From the NCBI GenBank assembly GCA_052168235.1, contig JBQLZK010000064.1:1-41672 (forward strand): a stretch of 41,672 nucleotides of DNA, given 5' to 3'. The notes under the pieces are model-generated. The model had not been told where the DNA came from, did no database searches, and worked only from the letters and a program-made list of their open reading frames with translations. Shown here piece after piece: positions 11,601 to 21,630 of this stretch. The position numbers and the translations under genes are program-made. This stretch comes from Thainema sp. GTDB lineage: Bacteria; Cyanobacteriota; Cyanobacteriia; Phormidesmidales; Phormidesmidaceae. Each line of letters starts with the position of its first letter. Positions within the stretch are counted from its first letter, which is position 1.

Positions 11601-12509
11601 CTAAGCGGCAGGAACTCCCAACCAATCTGGGTTCAGGGCTGTGGCATCGAATACGTTATCTGTCTTAAACAGTTCGTATTGTCCAGTCGCCGCCAGTTCT
11701 GCGGTGCGGGATATGAGTTCTGTTACCTCTTCAACACTCATCGGTTTAAAAGTTTCTGCCGCTTCAATCGCTTGATCCAAAATATCCATACTGTCGATGC
11801 CAGTAATCACGACGGAAGTCGGTAAGTTCAGAGCATAGTGGAGGCATTCAATCGGTGAAACCACGCCGCTTTTGAGGATATGTCCGTCACCCATTGACTT
11901 CATGCCCAATACGCCAATTCCATGTTCGATTAGTGCGGGTAGAACATGATGCTGAAAACTGCGGAAGTGAACATCCATCACGTTCAGCGGCATTTGCACC
12001 GTGTCGAAGCTAAACCCATGCTGCTGAGCAATGTCTAGCATGCGCAAATGCACCAGCGGATCTTTATGTCCCGTAAAGCCAACGTAGCGAATCTTTCCGG
12101 CCTGCTTCGCTTCTAAAACCGCAGCAGCGGCTCCATCCTCCGCAAAAATTCGATCCGGATCTTCTAGCCGAATGATTTCATGAAACTGTAGGAGGTCAAC
12201 ATGATCGGTTTGCAAGCGTTGTAACGACTCATCGATTTGCTGTGCCGCTAAAGACTTGGTGCGGCCATCGATTTTCGTCATCAAAAAAGTGCGATCGCGG
12301 TAGCCATCCTGCAGCGCCTTACCCATGCGAATTTCGCTAGTACCGTCGTTGTAGTCCCAGCAGTTATCCATAAAGGTGATGCCGCAATCAATGGCGCTCC
12401 GGATAATGCGCAGGCTTTCCTGTTCGTCTTCCTGTTGACCAATATGGAAACCACCAAGGCCAATGGCTGAAACTTCTTCTTGAGTATTGCCTAGGGTGCG
12501 ATAGAGCAT
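11601..12509 (-). CDS. Aldo/keto reductase
   Basis: YRTLG.T..VSAIGLG, GITFMDNCWDY, FLMTK, SLQRLQTDHVDL, GKIRYVGFTGH. Confidence 0.9.
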   Translation of the reverse strand: MLYRTLGNTQEEVSAIGLGGFHIGQQEDEQESLRIIRSAIDCGITFMDNCWDYNDGTSEIRMGKALQDGYRDRTFLMTKIDGRTKSLAAQQIDESLQRLQTDHVDLLQFHEIIRLEDPDRIFAEDGAAAAVLEAKQAGKIRYVGFTGHKDPLVHLRMLDIAQQHGFSFDTVQMPLNVMDVHFRSFQHHVLPALIEHGIGVLGMKSMGDGHILKSGVVSPIECLHYALNLPTSVVITGIDSMDILDQAIEAAETFKPMSVEEVTELISRTAELAATGQYELFKTDNVFDATALNPDWLGVPAA

Positions 12510-12641
12510 GATTAGAGCGACGGAATTTAGATGTTGTCAGCATAGATCTGCTGGTTGCCTTAAGCGTCTATCGGAGGGGGCATAAGCATTCTATGCAGCG
12601 GTGTTGTAAAGGAATGGGTGCTGGGTTTTAGGTACTGGGTG

Positions 12642-12764
12642 CTATAGCAGTAATCATATTGGTTAGGACGTTGGAAAATTTTGAAAACGTTTAGACGTTC
12701 CAACGTTCGAACGTTTAAACGTTGAATTTTACAGATGTCTCAACCCAAGCGGCGATGGCTATAG
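12642..12764. mobile_element. CTATAG-bounded MITE-like element with internal 8-mer AACGTTnn tandem array
   Basis: Ends CTATAGCAG / TGGCTATAG; internal AACGTTTA GACGTTCC AACGTTCG AACGTTTA AACGTTGA; removing it with one TA restores the STRR run GGTGCTA-GGTGCTG. Confidence 0.65.
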
Positions 12765-12838
12765 GTGCTGAGTTAGATGGAAACGTAAAATTCGCCTTAC
12801 GCCTTACGCTTACGCCTCACGCCTTACGACTCTTCAAC

Positions 12839-15247
12839 CTACTGGGCATCACCAATGAGCGTAAATGCAGCCCAATCTCTTGGACTGGGATGGCTGTTCA
12901 TGGTGGATAGCATGGCTTGGCGTAGGGCTTGTGCTTTGTCGCTGCCCTGTTTCATCTCTTCGTAAAAGTGAACCATCAGCTCGGCAGTTGGGGTGTCTGG
13001 AACGGCCCAGAGGGATACGACTACGCTGGCTGCGCCAGCTCCAATCAGTGAGCGAGAGAGCCCAATGACTCCGTCTCCTGTGATGTCACCACGACCTGTA
13101 TCACAAGCGCTGAGTACAACTAAATCGGCCTGTAAGCTGAGTTCATCGAGGATTTCGGCTGATGTCAACAGGCCATCTTGGCCATCTCCAGGGGCTAGCG
13201 CAATTGCTCCGGGTACATCGTGTATGCCTGAGTTCTGCAAGTTGCCGTACTCTAGAAGACCGTGGGTGGCAAAGTGAACAATCTGAGCAGTGCTAATTTG
13301 GTCTTTGATGACTCGTTCGGATGCGGCTTGACCCGTGAGCGCATCGACCTCAAAAAAGGCAGCAATATCTAAAGCTTCCTGTTCAGCTCCTGCCAAAGGC
13401 GCAAGCTGTTCGGTGCCTCCTAGGTTGGGATTCCAAACCATTGGCATTTCTGGATTGCCCACGATCAGCATCTCCTGCGGATTGAAACGTCCTCTGGCTG
13501 AACCCGTGGCTTGCCGAGTTGCTTGCCTAAAGTTGGACTGCTGATGCGTGAGGCTCAATACTTGAATCGATGGAGCGGTCAGAATGGTGTGGTACTGAAT
13601 TAAGTAGTCGCCTGTTTCGGTTTTCAGGGCAGGAAAGGGCACTAAGAACAAATCGCCTTGGGGAATAAAGACCACTCGTTCATCAGGGTCTTGGGGCAGC
13701 AGGTCTTGGATAGGCGCAATCAAAACTTGGTGGAGAGACTGTAGATGATCCGCGCGTAAAGATGCTGTTGGGAGAGCGGTATCTGTTGTCTGAAAGTCGG
13801 TTTCATTGATTGCAACAATTCCCAGCCCACCGCGATCGCGACCAAGTGAAGTGCGAGACAGGCGTACCAGATCTTTAAGCTGTACGGCTTGCGGATCAAT
13901 GTCCTGCTGTCGGAAGTGGATTTGACCATCCGGTTGAATGACCCAGATGTAGATGCTAGCTGTGCGGCCTCGCTGCTTGCCCTGCACCCGGAACTCTTCG
14001 GCAGGAACTAGCAGATATTCTACGAGGGTTGCGTTGGCTTGCTGCGCGACTTGCTGAATTTCGGCTACTGAAAAAGGGGCCAACGGCTCTGCCTCCGTCG
14101 CTTTGGCCTGGATAGCAGGATTGAAGCGATTAGCTAACAAGTCACTAAAGGCTCTGGCTCGTCCGGCTTCAGCGATTTCTAGGGCAGCGGCGGGCTGGTT
14201 TTGAGCCACGAGCACCTGCGTCAGCAGGTTATACGTGTAGATTTGGGTGTCAAACACTGAGACGTTGTAGGTGTCTTCCAGACTCAAGCGCAGCTGATCG
14301 AGCTGCTCAATTGCTTCCTGAAGACGAATAACAGCGGCGTCTAGCTGATTGGCCGCTAGGAGCGTATGCCCAAGATTATTGAGCGTGATAGCGGTCAATT
14401 TTGGATCGTGCAGGGCTTTGGCAATTTCAAGACTCTGTTCAAAATATGCGATCGCACGTTCATAGTCACTCTGATCGGCTGCTGCTGTGCCGAGATGGCC
14501 TAGGATTCGGGCCTCCAGTGGTAAATGATCGATGGCATGGGCTACATCCAATCCCTGCTGGTAAAACTGGATCGCTTGATCAATCTGCTCCAGCGCATGA
14601 TGGGCAATCCCCATGTTCAGCAGCCGATGGCTTTCCCCTTCCAAATCACCGACTGCTCGCGCAATCGCCAAGCTCTGCTCATAGGCTGTCAGTGCTGCTG
14701 CTTGGTCGCCCTGTACCGAGTGAATGTAGCCCAAATTGCCGATGCTGACCCCTTCTGCGGCACGGTTACCCGTTGAGCGGGCAATGGTCAGGCTGGCTTG
14801 ATACGCAGCAATCGCCCGCTCGTAGTCACCCAGCGCTTCGTAGACGTTCCCTAGATTGGCCTGCACCTGCCCAACGGCGGCCTGATTATTGAGTTCAGCA
14901 AAGATATCCAGCGCCGTTTTGTTAGTTTGCAGGGCGGTTAAATACTGCCCCGTTTCGTAGTATGCGATCGCTAAATTGCCCAGGGTTTGGGCCTGCTGTT
15001 GAGGTGTGTTCGACAAACTCAGTGCCTGTTCCCAGAGCTGAATGGCCTGCCGCAAATTTCCGGCTCGATAGGCGGATAACCCTTGCTCAAAGTAAGCTTG
15101 CGCTTCGGCGATAACAGCAGCTGGTGTGAAGTCTGGGCTAACTGCGATCACAGATTGGGCGCTGCTCAGTCCCAACCATAAAGCCGCAAATCCGTATAGC
15201 AAAGAATGAAAGAGTTGACGAGATGGGCGCATGGTAGAGATTCCCAT
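12839..15247 (-). CDS. TPR-repeat CHAT-domain (caspase-like) protease with predicted signal peptide
   Basis: Hydrophobic N-terminus; multiple LGNL..AY...G.Y..A TPRs; CHAT motifs HFATHG and VLSACDTG with intact His/Cys; SLWAVPD, WAAF. Confidence 0.92.
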   Translation of the reverse strand: MGISTMRPSRQLFHSLLYGFAALWLGLSSAQSVIAVSPDFTPAAVIAEAQAYFEQGLSAYRAGNLRQAIQLWEQALSLSNTPQQQAQTLGNLAIAYYETGQYLTALQTNKTALDIFAELNNQAAVGQVQANLGNVYEALGDYERAIAAYQASLTIARSTGNRAAEGVSIGNLGYIHSVQGDQAAALTAYEQSLAIARAVGDLEGESHRLLNMGIAHHALEQIDQAIQFYQQGLDVAHAIDHLPLEARILGHLGTAAADQSDYERAIAYFEQSLEIAKALHDPKLTAITLNNLGHTLLAANQLDAAVIRLQEAIEQLDQLRLSLEDTYNVSVFDTQIYTYNLLTQVLVAQNQPAAALEIAEAGRARAFSDLLANRFNPAIQAKATEAEPLAPFSVAEIQQVAQQANATLVEYLLVPAEEFRVQGKQRGRTASIYIWVIQPDGQIHFRQQDIDPQAVQLKDLVRLSRTSLGRDRGGLGIVAINETDFQTTDTALPTASLRADHLQSLHQVLIAPIQDLLPQDPDERVVFIPQGDLFLVPFPALKTETGDYLIQYHTILTAPSIQVLSLTHQQSNFRQATRQATGSARGRFNPQEMLIVGNPEMPMVWNPNLGGTEQLAPLAGAEQEALDIAAFFEVDALTGQAASERVIKDQISTAQIVHFATHGLLEYGNLQNSGIHDVPGAIALAPGDGQDGLLTSAEILDELSLQADLVVLSACDTGRGDITGDGVIGLSRSLIGAGAASVVVSLWAVPDTPTAELMVHFYEEMKQGSDKAQALRQAMLSTMNSHPSPRDWAAFTLIGDAQ

Positions 15248-15254
15248 AGGTCTG

Positions 15255-18200
15255 CTAATCGGCTGATCGAGTTTCTACAACCATTATGGGAGGCAGCTGC
15301 TCTGGAGGTGCGATCGCATTTTGGACGACTGCTTCTGCAAAAGGCTGCCCCTGACCGATTACTGGCAATGGTTCAATATCGGGTGATTCGTTGGCAAAAG
15401 GCTGCCCCTGACCGATTACTGGCAACGGTTCAATATCAGGTGATTCGTCGGCAAGAGACTGCCCCTGATCACTTGCTGGCAACGGTTCAATATCGGGTGA
15501 TTCAGGGTTTAAGCTATCAAGTTCTTGTGTTCTCGACTCTGGAGTCCCAGTGTGGTCAAGCGTTGGTGCTGAGCTGTCGCCCTCTGGATTACTGCGTTCT
15601 AGGTTCCGGCAGGGATCGACGAGTGCGTCCTCTTCTGACGAACGGACTCCCGTCGCCACCAAGGACTCATCAATCGTGAGCAAGTCTCCCACGGCGACCA
15701 CATCATCACTGGAATTCTCTTCACAGAGGTCATTGATGGCCTCCAGCTCAAGGGTTTGCGTATCTTGAGGAACCTCGTCTGGATTGACCACAACTGGGCC
15801 ACCACCGTTTCCACCGCCACCGTCTGTTCCACCGCCACCATTACCACCCGTGCCGCCGTTATTGCCTGTACCGCCCCGGCCACCACCGCTGTTACCATTA
15901 CCACCTGTACCGCCGCCACCGTTACCACCATTGCCACCTCCCGTATCCGGATTGCCAAACAGCTGGCTTTGTAGTGATCCAGCCAAACTGGCATCGGTAG
16001 CGCTGCTGGCAATTCCAGCCACCATGCCGCTGGCGCTGCTGGGAAAGTCAGTTGAGGGAAACGCTAGCGGTGTTGCATTGGCGATGACATCAAAGGTACT
16101 AGATGCTCCAGGTGGGAAATATCCACTTAGATTAGTCGCTGCATCATAGGGATCGAAATTGCTGCCAACGCCGGGCAAAAACGGCGTCGTGCTGTCGTAA
16201 TTTGGCCCAATCACAAACTGCTGATTTGGATCCCCTTCAATCAAAATGTTGGATTCGTTAAACAGCGTTTCCCGATTTTGGCCGTAGCGAATGGCGATCG
16301 GGCCATCAACCGCCTCAATACTGACCAGGAAGTTATCGATAAAAATTTGGTTGGGAAACTCGGTATAGCCCAAGCTGTTGATGTACTGCGCCAGTTCGGC
16401 AGGTGGCACCGAAGTCCGATTAATGTAGGATTCCCGCGCATTGAGGGCTTGAAATACACCCGCCGCATCAATGTCAATGCCGCCTAGCCCCGCTAGAACA
16501 TAGCCAACCCGGATATTACCCGTCTCAGCCGTTAACCGTACGAAAGAAATTAAGGGATCCATAATGCCGCCAATATCCTGAGTACTCAGATCGCCAGTGG
16601 TGATACTATTGGCCGCCGTGATCTCGATGGACTCGCCTCTAATCGCTGCTCGCACCCCTTCGTTCCGGGCGGTGACGCTACCCCCCGATGATATGGTGAC
16701 TGGCCCATGTTGCGGAAATCCGCCTGTGTCATCGTTAATCCGTCCAGTGTTGATATCGCCAGTAGCCGTTAGCTGCACTGCCGCCTCACCATCGGTCAAA
16801 ATATCGCCCACTTGAATCTCAGTACCGGAGATGATCAGATCCCGACCATCGGTCGTAATTGTTTGGCTCGGATCCATGCTGAATGAGCCTGCGCCGTTTG
16901 TATCGCTGTCTGCCGTAAAGGTAATGGAGCCGCTGCTGCTCGCGAACGTTAGCGAAATGCCATTGGCAATCTGGATGTCGTTGGTCGCTTCTAATAGAAT
17001 TGTGCCCAATTGGCTTTCCAAGACAGCCGCATTAATAGTGATATCACCTGCGAATTCGCCCGCCAGGATATCCGGTAGAGCTGCGTTGATGCCTGCACTG
17101 CTGGGGGCATTAGCAATGAGAATATTTTCTGGATCGAGCAAGAGCGTACCCGCAACGCCATTGGCGGCACTGGTATCTATAAATCCCGCAAAAGCGAGCC
17201 GATCCTTACCGGAAACCTCGACAAAACCGCCATTGCCCGTTTCACTGCCGCCACGCGCCGTAATCTCTCCTGAAAACTGGGTTGCTTCATCGGCCCAGAC
17301 GATTACGCGTCCGCCATCACCACGATTCAGCGCATCGGCAGTAATCGTTGTGTTTGAATCGATAAATGTGCGATCGCTGTTGGGAATTGTGCCCTCACCT
17401 TGGTAATCTCCACCAATTCGAACCACTCCGCCATCGTTCGCTCCAGCCGCATTGATGCTAGCGTTGATCAACCCCACCCGATCGCCCACAACATCTATGC
17501 TGCCGCCTGTTGCGCCAGTGGCTGTGTCTGCAACGTGCAAGCTACCAGATACGATGGTGGTGCCCATGTCCGTCGGAATGGCAGTGCCTGTACTAGCGAG
17601 TTTGATAACGCCATCTTCTACCACTAAACCTAAATTCTGCGGTACGGTTCCGCCTGAGAGCAGCGCGGGTATATCGCTGTGGCGAACGGCTTCAGCGCTA
17701 GCTTCCAGGTTCATCTGTCCGTCAGTTGGTAATTCCAGGCTGAGTAGGCTGCCATCTTGAGTGATGCGAACTAAGTTTTCGCCAGGTACGGCAGCAATTG
17801 TAATCAAGCCACCCGGTGTCGAAACTGTTCCGGTGTTGATGACAGTGCCGCCCAGCAGCGTAACGGATTCGCCCGCTGCTGCATTCAGACTGCCTGCATT
17901 GATCACTGCACCAGGCTCGGAACGGTTGAAGGCAAATGCATTTGGGGCACCAACCAGATTCGCATAGCTATTGCTGCCAATTGCGTTAAACCACTCATCG
18001 CCAATTTGAATCGCATTGGCAGTGGTGGCCGTTAAAGCTCCCGGTACATCGATATAGGCGTCTGCGCCAAAGATAATTCCAGCCGGGTTCATTAGGAAGA
18101 GATTGGAGTCTCCCCCTGTGATTTGCAAGATGCCGTTAATCACGGACGGGTCGCCGCCCACAACCCGCCCCAAAACGTTGTCGATACTGTCATTCGTCAA

Positions 18201-18593
18201 TATGTTGGCGATTTGTCCGGCATCCAAGCCGAGTCGCTCAAAGCTATGAAATAAGTTCGCTCCTGCCTGCGTGCCGCCTGTAATAGTGAATGTCTGACCT
18301 GCCTGATTGACGACTGTGCCAGCGCCATCTGGAGCAGCGATAATCGCTTGAGCAACCTGAGTTGTTTGAGGAATCGGTCTCGATGGGAAGTGCGATCGCA
18401 CTTCTTGGCTCAATTGGTACTGGCTCAATTGGTCATCAAGCTGACGGGATGCAGCAGCCTGGGCTGGACAAACGACAGTGCTGAACAGCGCCAAGCTGAT
18501 CAAGGCAGAACACGGTATACCTTTAGTTCCTTGCCCGAAGTAGAAAGACAGAAGTCCTGATGAAGCGTTCATAGGTTGTAAGCATCCTGACAA
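15255..18593 (-). CDS. Filamentous haemagglutinin N-terminal (TPS secretion) domain exoprotein
   Basis: NLFHSF, NVLGRVVGGDPSVING, LFLMNPAGIIFG, GGFVEVSG, GTLLLDP; Gly-rich linker and C-terminal repeats; true start uncertain. Confidence 0.9.
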   Translation of the reverse strand: MSGCLQPMNASSGLLSFYFGQGTKGIPCSALISLALFSTVVCPAQAAASRQLDDQLSQYQLSQEVRSHFPSRPIPQTTQVAQAIIAAPDGAGTVVNQAGQTFTITGGTQAGANLFHSFERLGLDAGQIANILTNDSIDNVLGRVVGGDPSVINGILQITGGDSNLFLMNPAGIIFGADAYIDVPGALTATTANAIQIGDEWFNAIGSNSYANLVGAPNAFAFNRSEPGAVINAGSLNAAAGESVTLLGGTVINTGTVSTPGGLITIAAVPGENLVRITQDGSLLSLELPTDGQMNLEASAEAVRHSDIPALLSGGTVPQNLGLVVEDGVIKLASTGTAIPTDMGTTIVSGSLHVADTATGATGGSIDVVGDRVGLINASINAAGANDGGVVRIGGDYQGEGTIPNSDRTFIDSNTTITADALNRGDGGRVIVWADEATQFSGEITARGGSETGNGGFVEVSGKDRLAFAGFIDTSAANGVAGTLLLDPENILIANAPSSAGINAALPDILAGEFAGDITINAAVLESQLGTILLEATNDIQIANGISLTFASSSGSITFTADSDTNGAGSFSMDPSQTITTDGRDLIISGTEIQVGDILTDGEAAVQLTATGDINTGRINDDTGGFPQHGPVTISSGGSVTARNEGVRAAIRGESIEITAANSITTGDLSTQDIGGIMDPLISFVRLTAETGNIRVGYVLAGLGGIDIDAAGVFQALNARESYINRTSVPPAELAQYINSLGYTEFPNQIFIDNFLVSIEAVDGPIAIRYGQNRETLFNESNILIEGDPNQQFVIGPNYDSTTPFLPGVGSNFDPYDAATNLSGYFPPGASSTFDVIANATPLAFPSTDFPSSASGMVAGIASSATDASLAGSLQSQLFGNPDTGGGNGGNGGGGTGGNGNSGGGRGGTGNNGGTGGNGGGGTDGGGGNGGGPVVVNPDEVPQDTQTLELEAINDLCEENSSDDVVAVGDLLTIDESLVATGVRSSEEDALVDPCRNLERSNPEGDSSAPTLDHTGTPESRTQELDSLNPESPDIEPLPASDQGQSLADESPDIEPLPVIGQGQPFANESPDIEPLPVIGQGQPFAEAVVQNAIAPPEQLPPIMVVETRSAD
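15337..15503 (-). repeat. Three 57-bp in-frame tandem repeats (19 aa, ESPDIEPLPVIGQGQPFAx)
   Basis: Units begin at 15337, 15394 and 15451. Confidence 0.9.
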
Positions 18594-18675
18594 TCGATTT
18601 AGCCAGCAATCAAAATCATTTCATAAAAGCTGTCCGATAGATGCTACCCAGGTTTTGTTTAGCTATAGCTCTAAA

Positions 18676-18813
18676 GAGGAGTGAGGGAAGAAGTGAGAAG
18701 TGAGGCGAGAGGAGTGTAAAAGTAAAAGCTGTAGAGATCAATCCTCCCACCCAGAACCCAATACCTAGCACCTAATACCTAATTCTCAGCCCTCAGCCTC
18801 AATCCTCAGCCCT
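18676..18813. repeat. STRR heptamer tracts
   Basis: GAAGTGA-like units followed by AATACCT/CCTCAGC units. Confidence 0.6.
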
Positions 18814-18938
18814 AAAAACAATCAAGTTATCTTCTTGTTTCAGTTTGGCAAATCAAGTCTCGATTACCGCTGCATTGTGTATAAATCTTTATTGTCCGCG
18901 CCAGAATTTTGAGGACTATTGATCGCTGGAACGACGAA

Positions 18939-20387
18939 TCACGATGTCAATGACGAGCGACCGGGAAACCAGATGCGCAGGATGTGGCGGATGGAGCGGC
19001 CCTCTTCGACAAATAACAACGGCATGAGCGCAACCAATCGCAGAACGCTAGACAGCATGAATATTCCAAATAGTCCGGTGTAGCCGATGACTTCAGCAAT
19101 GTAGCCGCCCGTGACGGTGCCGAGGGAACCACAAACACCAGCAATAGCGGCTGCGATCGCAAAATAGCCTGGCTGGTTGTGGATCGGTGCAATGCTGATT
19201 TGCATATTATTCAAGCACAGATCAATGGCTGCCCAGGTGCCACCGCCTAGCATATGCAGCAGCGGAAACCACAGCCAAACGGATAGACTATCGGCTCCGG
19301 TACCAATCCACAAAACCGGGATGATGGCTACCACTAGCCCCACTCCCAGCAGCAAAATGCGATTCCCCACCCGATCGGCTACCCGTCCCCAAATTACCAG
19401 CATGAACAAAGTCGCTGCCGCAGAGAGACTGGTGTAGAGCGTGACCAGAGTGACATCTAGCTTCAGCTTTTCCAGCAGATACAGGTTGAAAAAGGGATTG
19501 CTCAAGTTGACCGAAAAATTCCAGATGGCAAAGTAGGTCAGGAAAATCAGGAAGTTTGTATCCTGCCAAAACCAAGTTCTAATCACTTCGGTTGGTGAAT
19601 TCTGACGCTCTCCCCAGCGCTGCTGTTTACGCAGGAGCTGCATTTGATCCTGGGGGTTAACGTCTACCATCAATCGCTGAAACCCTAAGCTAATCAGCCC
19701 AGCGACCACTCCCAGCACCAGCACTACGCTATAGCCTTGTAGCGAGCCACCGGGCCAGCGAGAAACGAGCAGTCCGCCCAAGGGCACGGCTAGCAGAGCC
19801 GTCAGGCTGGCAATGCTGTTGCGTAGGCCAAAGTAGCGTCCTCGGAGCTGGCGAGGCACCAGCGATGCCAGCCAGCTCAGCCAAGATGCCGTTCCCAACC
19901 CGTTCGAGAACGAACTGACCAGAACTACCGCCAGTGATAAAAAGACTAAATGAAACGCACTCAAGTAGCCCCAGGTCATTGCGCCAATGCCGAGGGCTAA
20001 AATCAACCACAGCAGACGGGCCGGGGCATTGACCCAAAATCCAAAATTTTTGCGACTCTCGGTGCGGTTTGACCAAGAAGCCCCCAAGGGTTGCACTAGA
20101 TTGGCCAGCATCGGCACCGAAATGATCATGCCAATGGCGGCAGGGCTAGCCTGTAGCTCGACTAAAAAATTACTCAGCAGTACTCCGCTGGTGGTTTGCA
20201 CATAAATGGTGGCAAACAGCCCATCTAGGCTAGAGGCCCAGAGACTACGGCGAATGGCATTTTTTTCATCAACGGGGTGAACGAGTTCCCCTGGCTCAGT
20301 ATTGGGAATTAGCGGCAGCACTGCCTGAGAAACTTCTGTTTGGGGAAGTTCTTCGACCAGGGGCGTTTTGACAGGAACGAGATCCAC
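18939..20387 (-). CDS. MFS transporter
   Basis: About 12 hydrophobic segments; VPRQLRGRYFG and WGRVADRVGNR (MFS motif A); likely start GTG 20387 (MDLVPVKTP) rather than 20477. Confidence 0.85.
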   Translation of the reverse strand: MDLVPVKTPLVEELPQTEVSQAVLPLIPNTEPGELVHPVDEKNAIRRSLWASSLDGLFATIYVQTTSGVLLSNFLVELQASPAAIGMIISVPMLANLVQPLGASWSNRTESRKNFGFWVNAPARLLWLILALGIGAMTWGYLSAFHLVFLSLAVVLVSSFSNGLGTASWLSWLASLVPRQLRGRYFGLRNSIASLTALLAVPLGGLLVSRWPGGSLQGYSVVLVLGVVAGLISLGFQRLMVDVNPQDQMQLLRKQQRWGERQNSPTEVIRTWFWQDTNFLIFLTYFAIWNFSVNLSNPFFNLYLLEKLKLDVTLVTLYTSLSAAATLFMLVIWGRVADRVGNRILLLGVGLVVAIIPVLWIGTGADSLSVWLWFPLLHMLGGGTWAAIDLCLNNMQISIAPIHNQPGYFAIAAAIAGVCGSLGTVTGGYIAEVIGYTGLFGIFMLSSVLRLVALMPLLFVEEGRSIRHILRIWFPGRSSLTS

Positions 20388-20606
20388 TTGTTCTACAACG
20401 TAAAGAGCAACGAGAAACGAGCGACTAGCCCAACTGCTGCTATGGCGATTAGCACAATCAGTTAGGTTTCTTTGCACCGTAATGGGCAGTCGTTGTTCCT
20501 GCTACCCTCTAAAGGGAGACTCCTAGGGAAAAATGCTCACAGCTTGCACCTGGTAAAGCGGGTTTCAAACCGCTAATTCCAAATTGCTAATTTCAAATTA
20601 CTAATT

Positions 20607-21371
20607 TCAAATCGCCAACAATAAAGCTGCATAGCTGGCGGCTCCCAAAGCGAATGCTCCGAAGCGGCTTTTGCGCTCTTCTGGCAGCTCTTCTTTTAAT
20701 ACGTTTAACACGACGCCTCCGGCTAAAAACGCAAACAGAACTGCGATCGCAGCCTGGTGAATTTCGGTTCCTGCACCAATTGCCCAGCCCACCATAATGG
20801 CGGTAGCCAAGATCCAGCGACCAATTTGGTCGTAGGTTTTCTTGTGGTCTTGTCGCAAACCGTAGTCATTGACAATGAAGTGCAGCCCCATTGCGATCGC
20901 AAATGTAAACAGACTGGTTAATCCTGGACGTTCGCGATGCTGCAACAGATAACCAATTAAGGCGTTGTATGCCGCAAACGACAGGATGTGTATCCAAAAG
21001 ACATGTCGTTCAGTCACATCCCCAACCCCAGTCGCCTGATTTTGCTGTCGGGACTGCTTACTGAGTCGTTCCAGCCCATAAAACACGGCAACGCCAACCA
21101 GCGCAATCAAATACACGTGGTTTTCTAAAAATAAAAGCTGCGTGTTGAGTGACTGTTGGATGGATTCCTGCTGTTCGCTGAGTTCCGGCAAAATGTGAAC
21201 GAAGACATAGGCAACTGAAACGCCGCTGCCAAACGAGAGCCAGCGGCTGCGAGGAACCATGTGAAGAAACTGTAGATTTCTGGCCAGCAGATGAGTAACA
21301 GCCAGTCCGGCAGACAGAACGCCAGACAAAATGGTTAGGCCACTACTTGGGTCAGATATATCTAAAGCCAT
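20607..21371 (-). CDS. Integral membrane protein, ZIP-like putative metal transporter
   Basis: About 8 TM segments; SFGSGVSVAYVFVHILPE, HFIVND and FLAGGVVLNVLKEELPE resemble ZIP motifs. Confidence 0.55.
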   Translation of the reverse strand: MALDISDPSSGLTILSGVLSAGLAVTHLLARNLQFLHMVPRSRWLSFGSGVSVAYVFVHILPELSEQQESIQQSLNTQLLFLENHVYLIALVGVAVFYGLERLSKQSRQQNQATGVGDVTERHVFWIHILSFAAYNALIGYLLQHRERPGLTSLFTFAIAMGLHFIVNDYGLRQDHKKTYDQIGRWILATAIMVGWAIGAGTEIHQAAIAVLFAFLAGGVVLNVLKEELPEERKSRFGAFALGAASYAALLLAI

Positions 21372-21462
21372 TAATGCCGTGAGTTAGTCTTGTCCTGTTT
21401 TACTCAGATTCGGTATTGAGAACCCGAGAGGTTATTTACCATCGCATTGTAGCGGTAAATAA

Positions 21463-21552
21463 TAGACTTTATTGGAAATAAAGTTTTTGGGGTTGGAAAT
21501 TGTTTTGTAGCGCGACTTCGTCGCGCTACAAAACAATTTCCGATAAAGTCTA
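21463..21552 (+). mobile_element. 90-bp hairpin element, copy 1
   Basis: TAGACTTTAT...ATAAAGTCTA ends; stem GGAAATTGTTTTGTAGCGCGAC-TTC-GTCGCGCTACAAAACAATTTCC. Confidence 0.9.
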
Positions 21553-21630
21553 ATCTTTCTAGGTTTTGTTTGGGTTTTATTTGAGCTTTGATGCAAGATG
21601 CAAGCTAAGCTAACCTACTCCATCAAAGAA

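Noticed and set aside
12839..15247. CHAT protease as part of a type III CRISPR (Craspase) or anti-phage system
   Set aside because: No Cas7-11 or CRISPR nearby; the signal peptide and FHA partner point to the common cyanobacterial FHA-CHAT pairing
15337..15503. 57-bp tandem repeats as a CRISPR or ncRNA array
   Set aside because: Contiguous units with no spacers, in frame within the FHA-domain gene
15784..16149. Pro-rich plus-strand ORF
   Set aside because: Antisense shadow of the Gly-rich GGN linker in the FHA-domain gene
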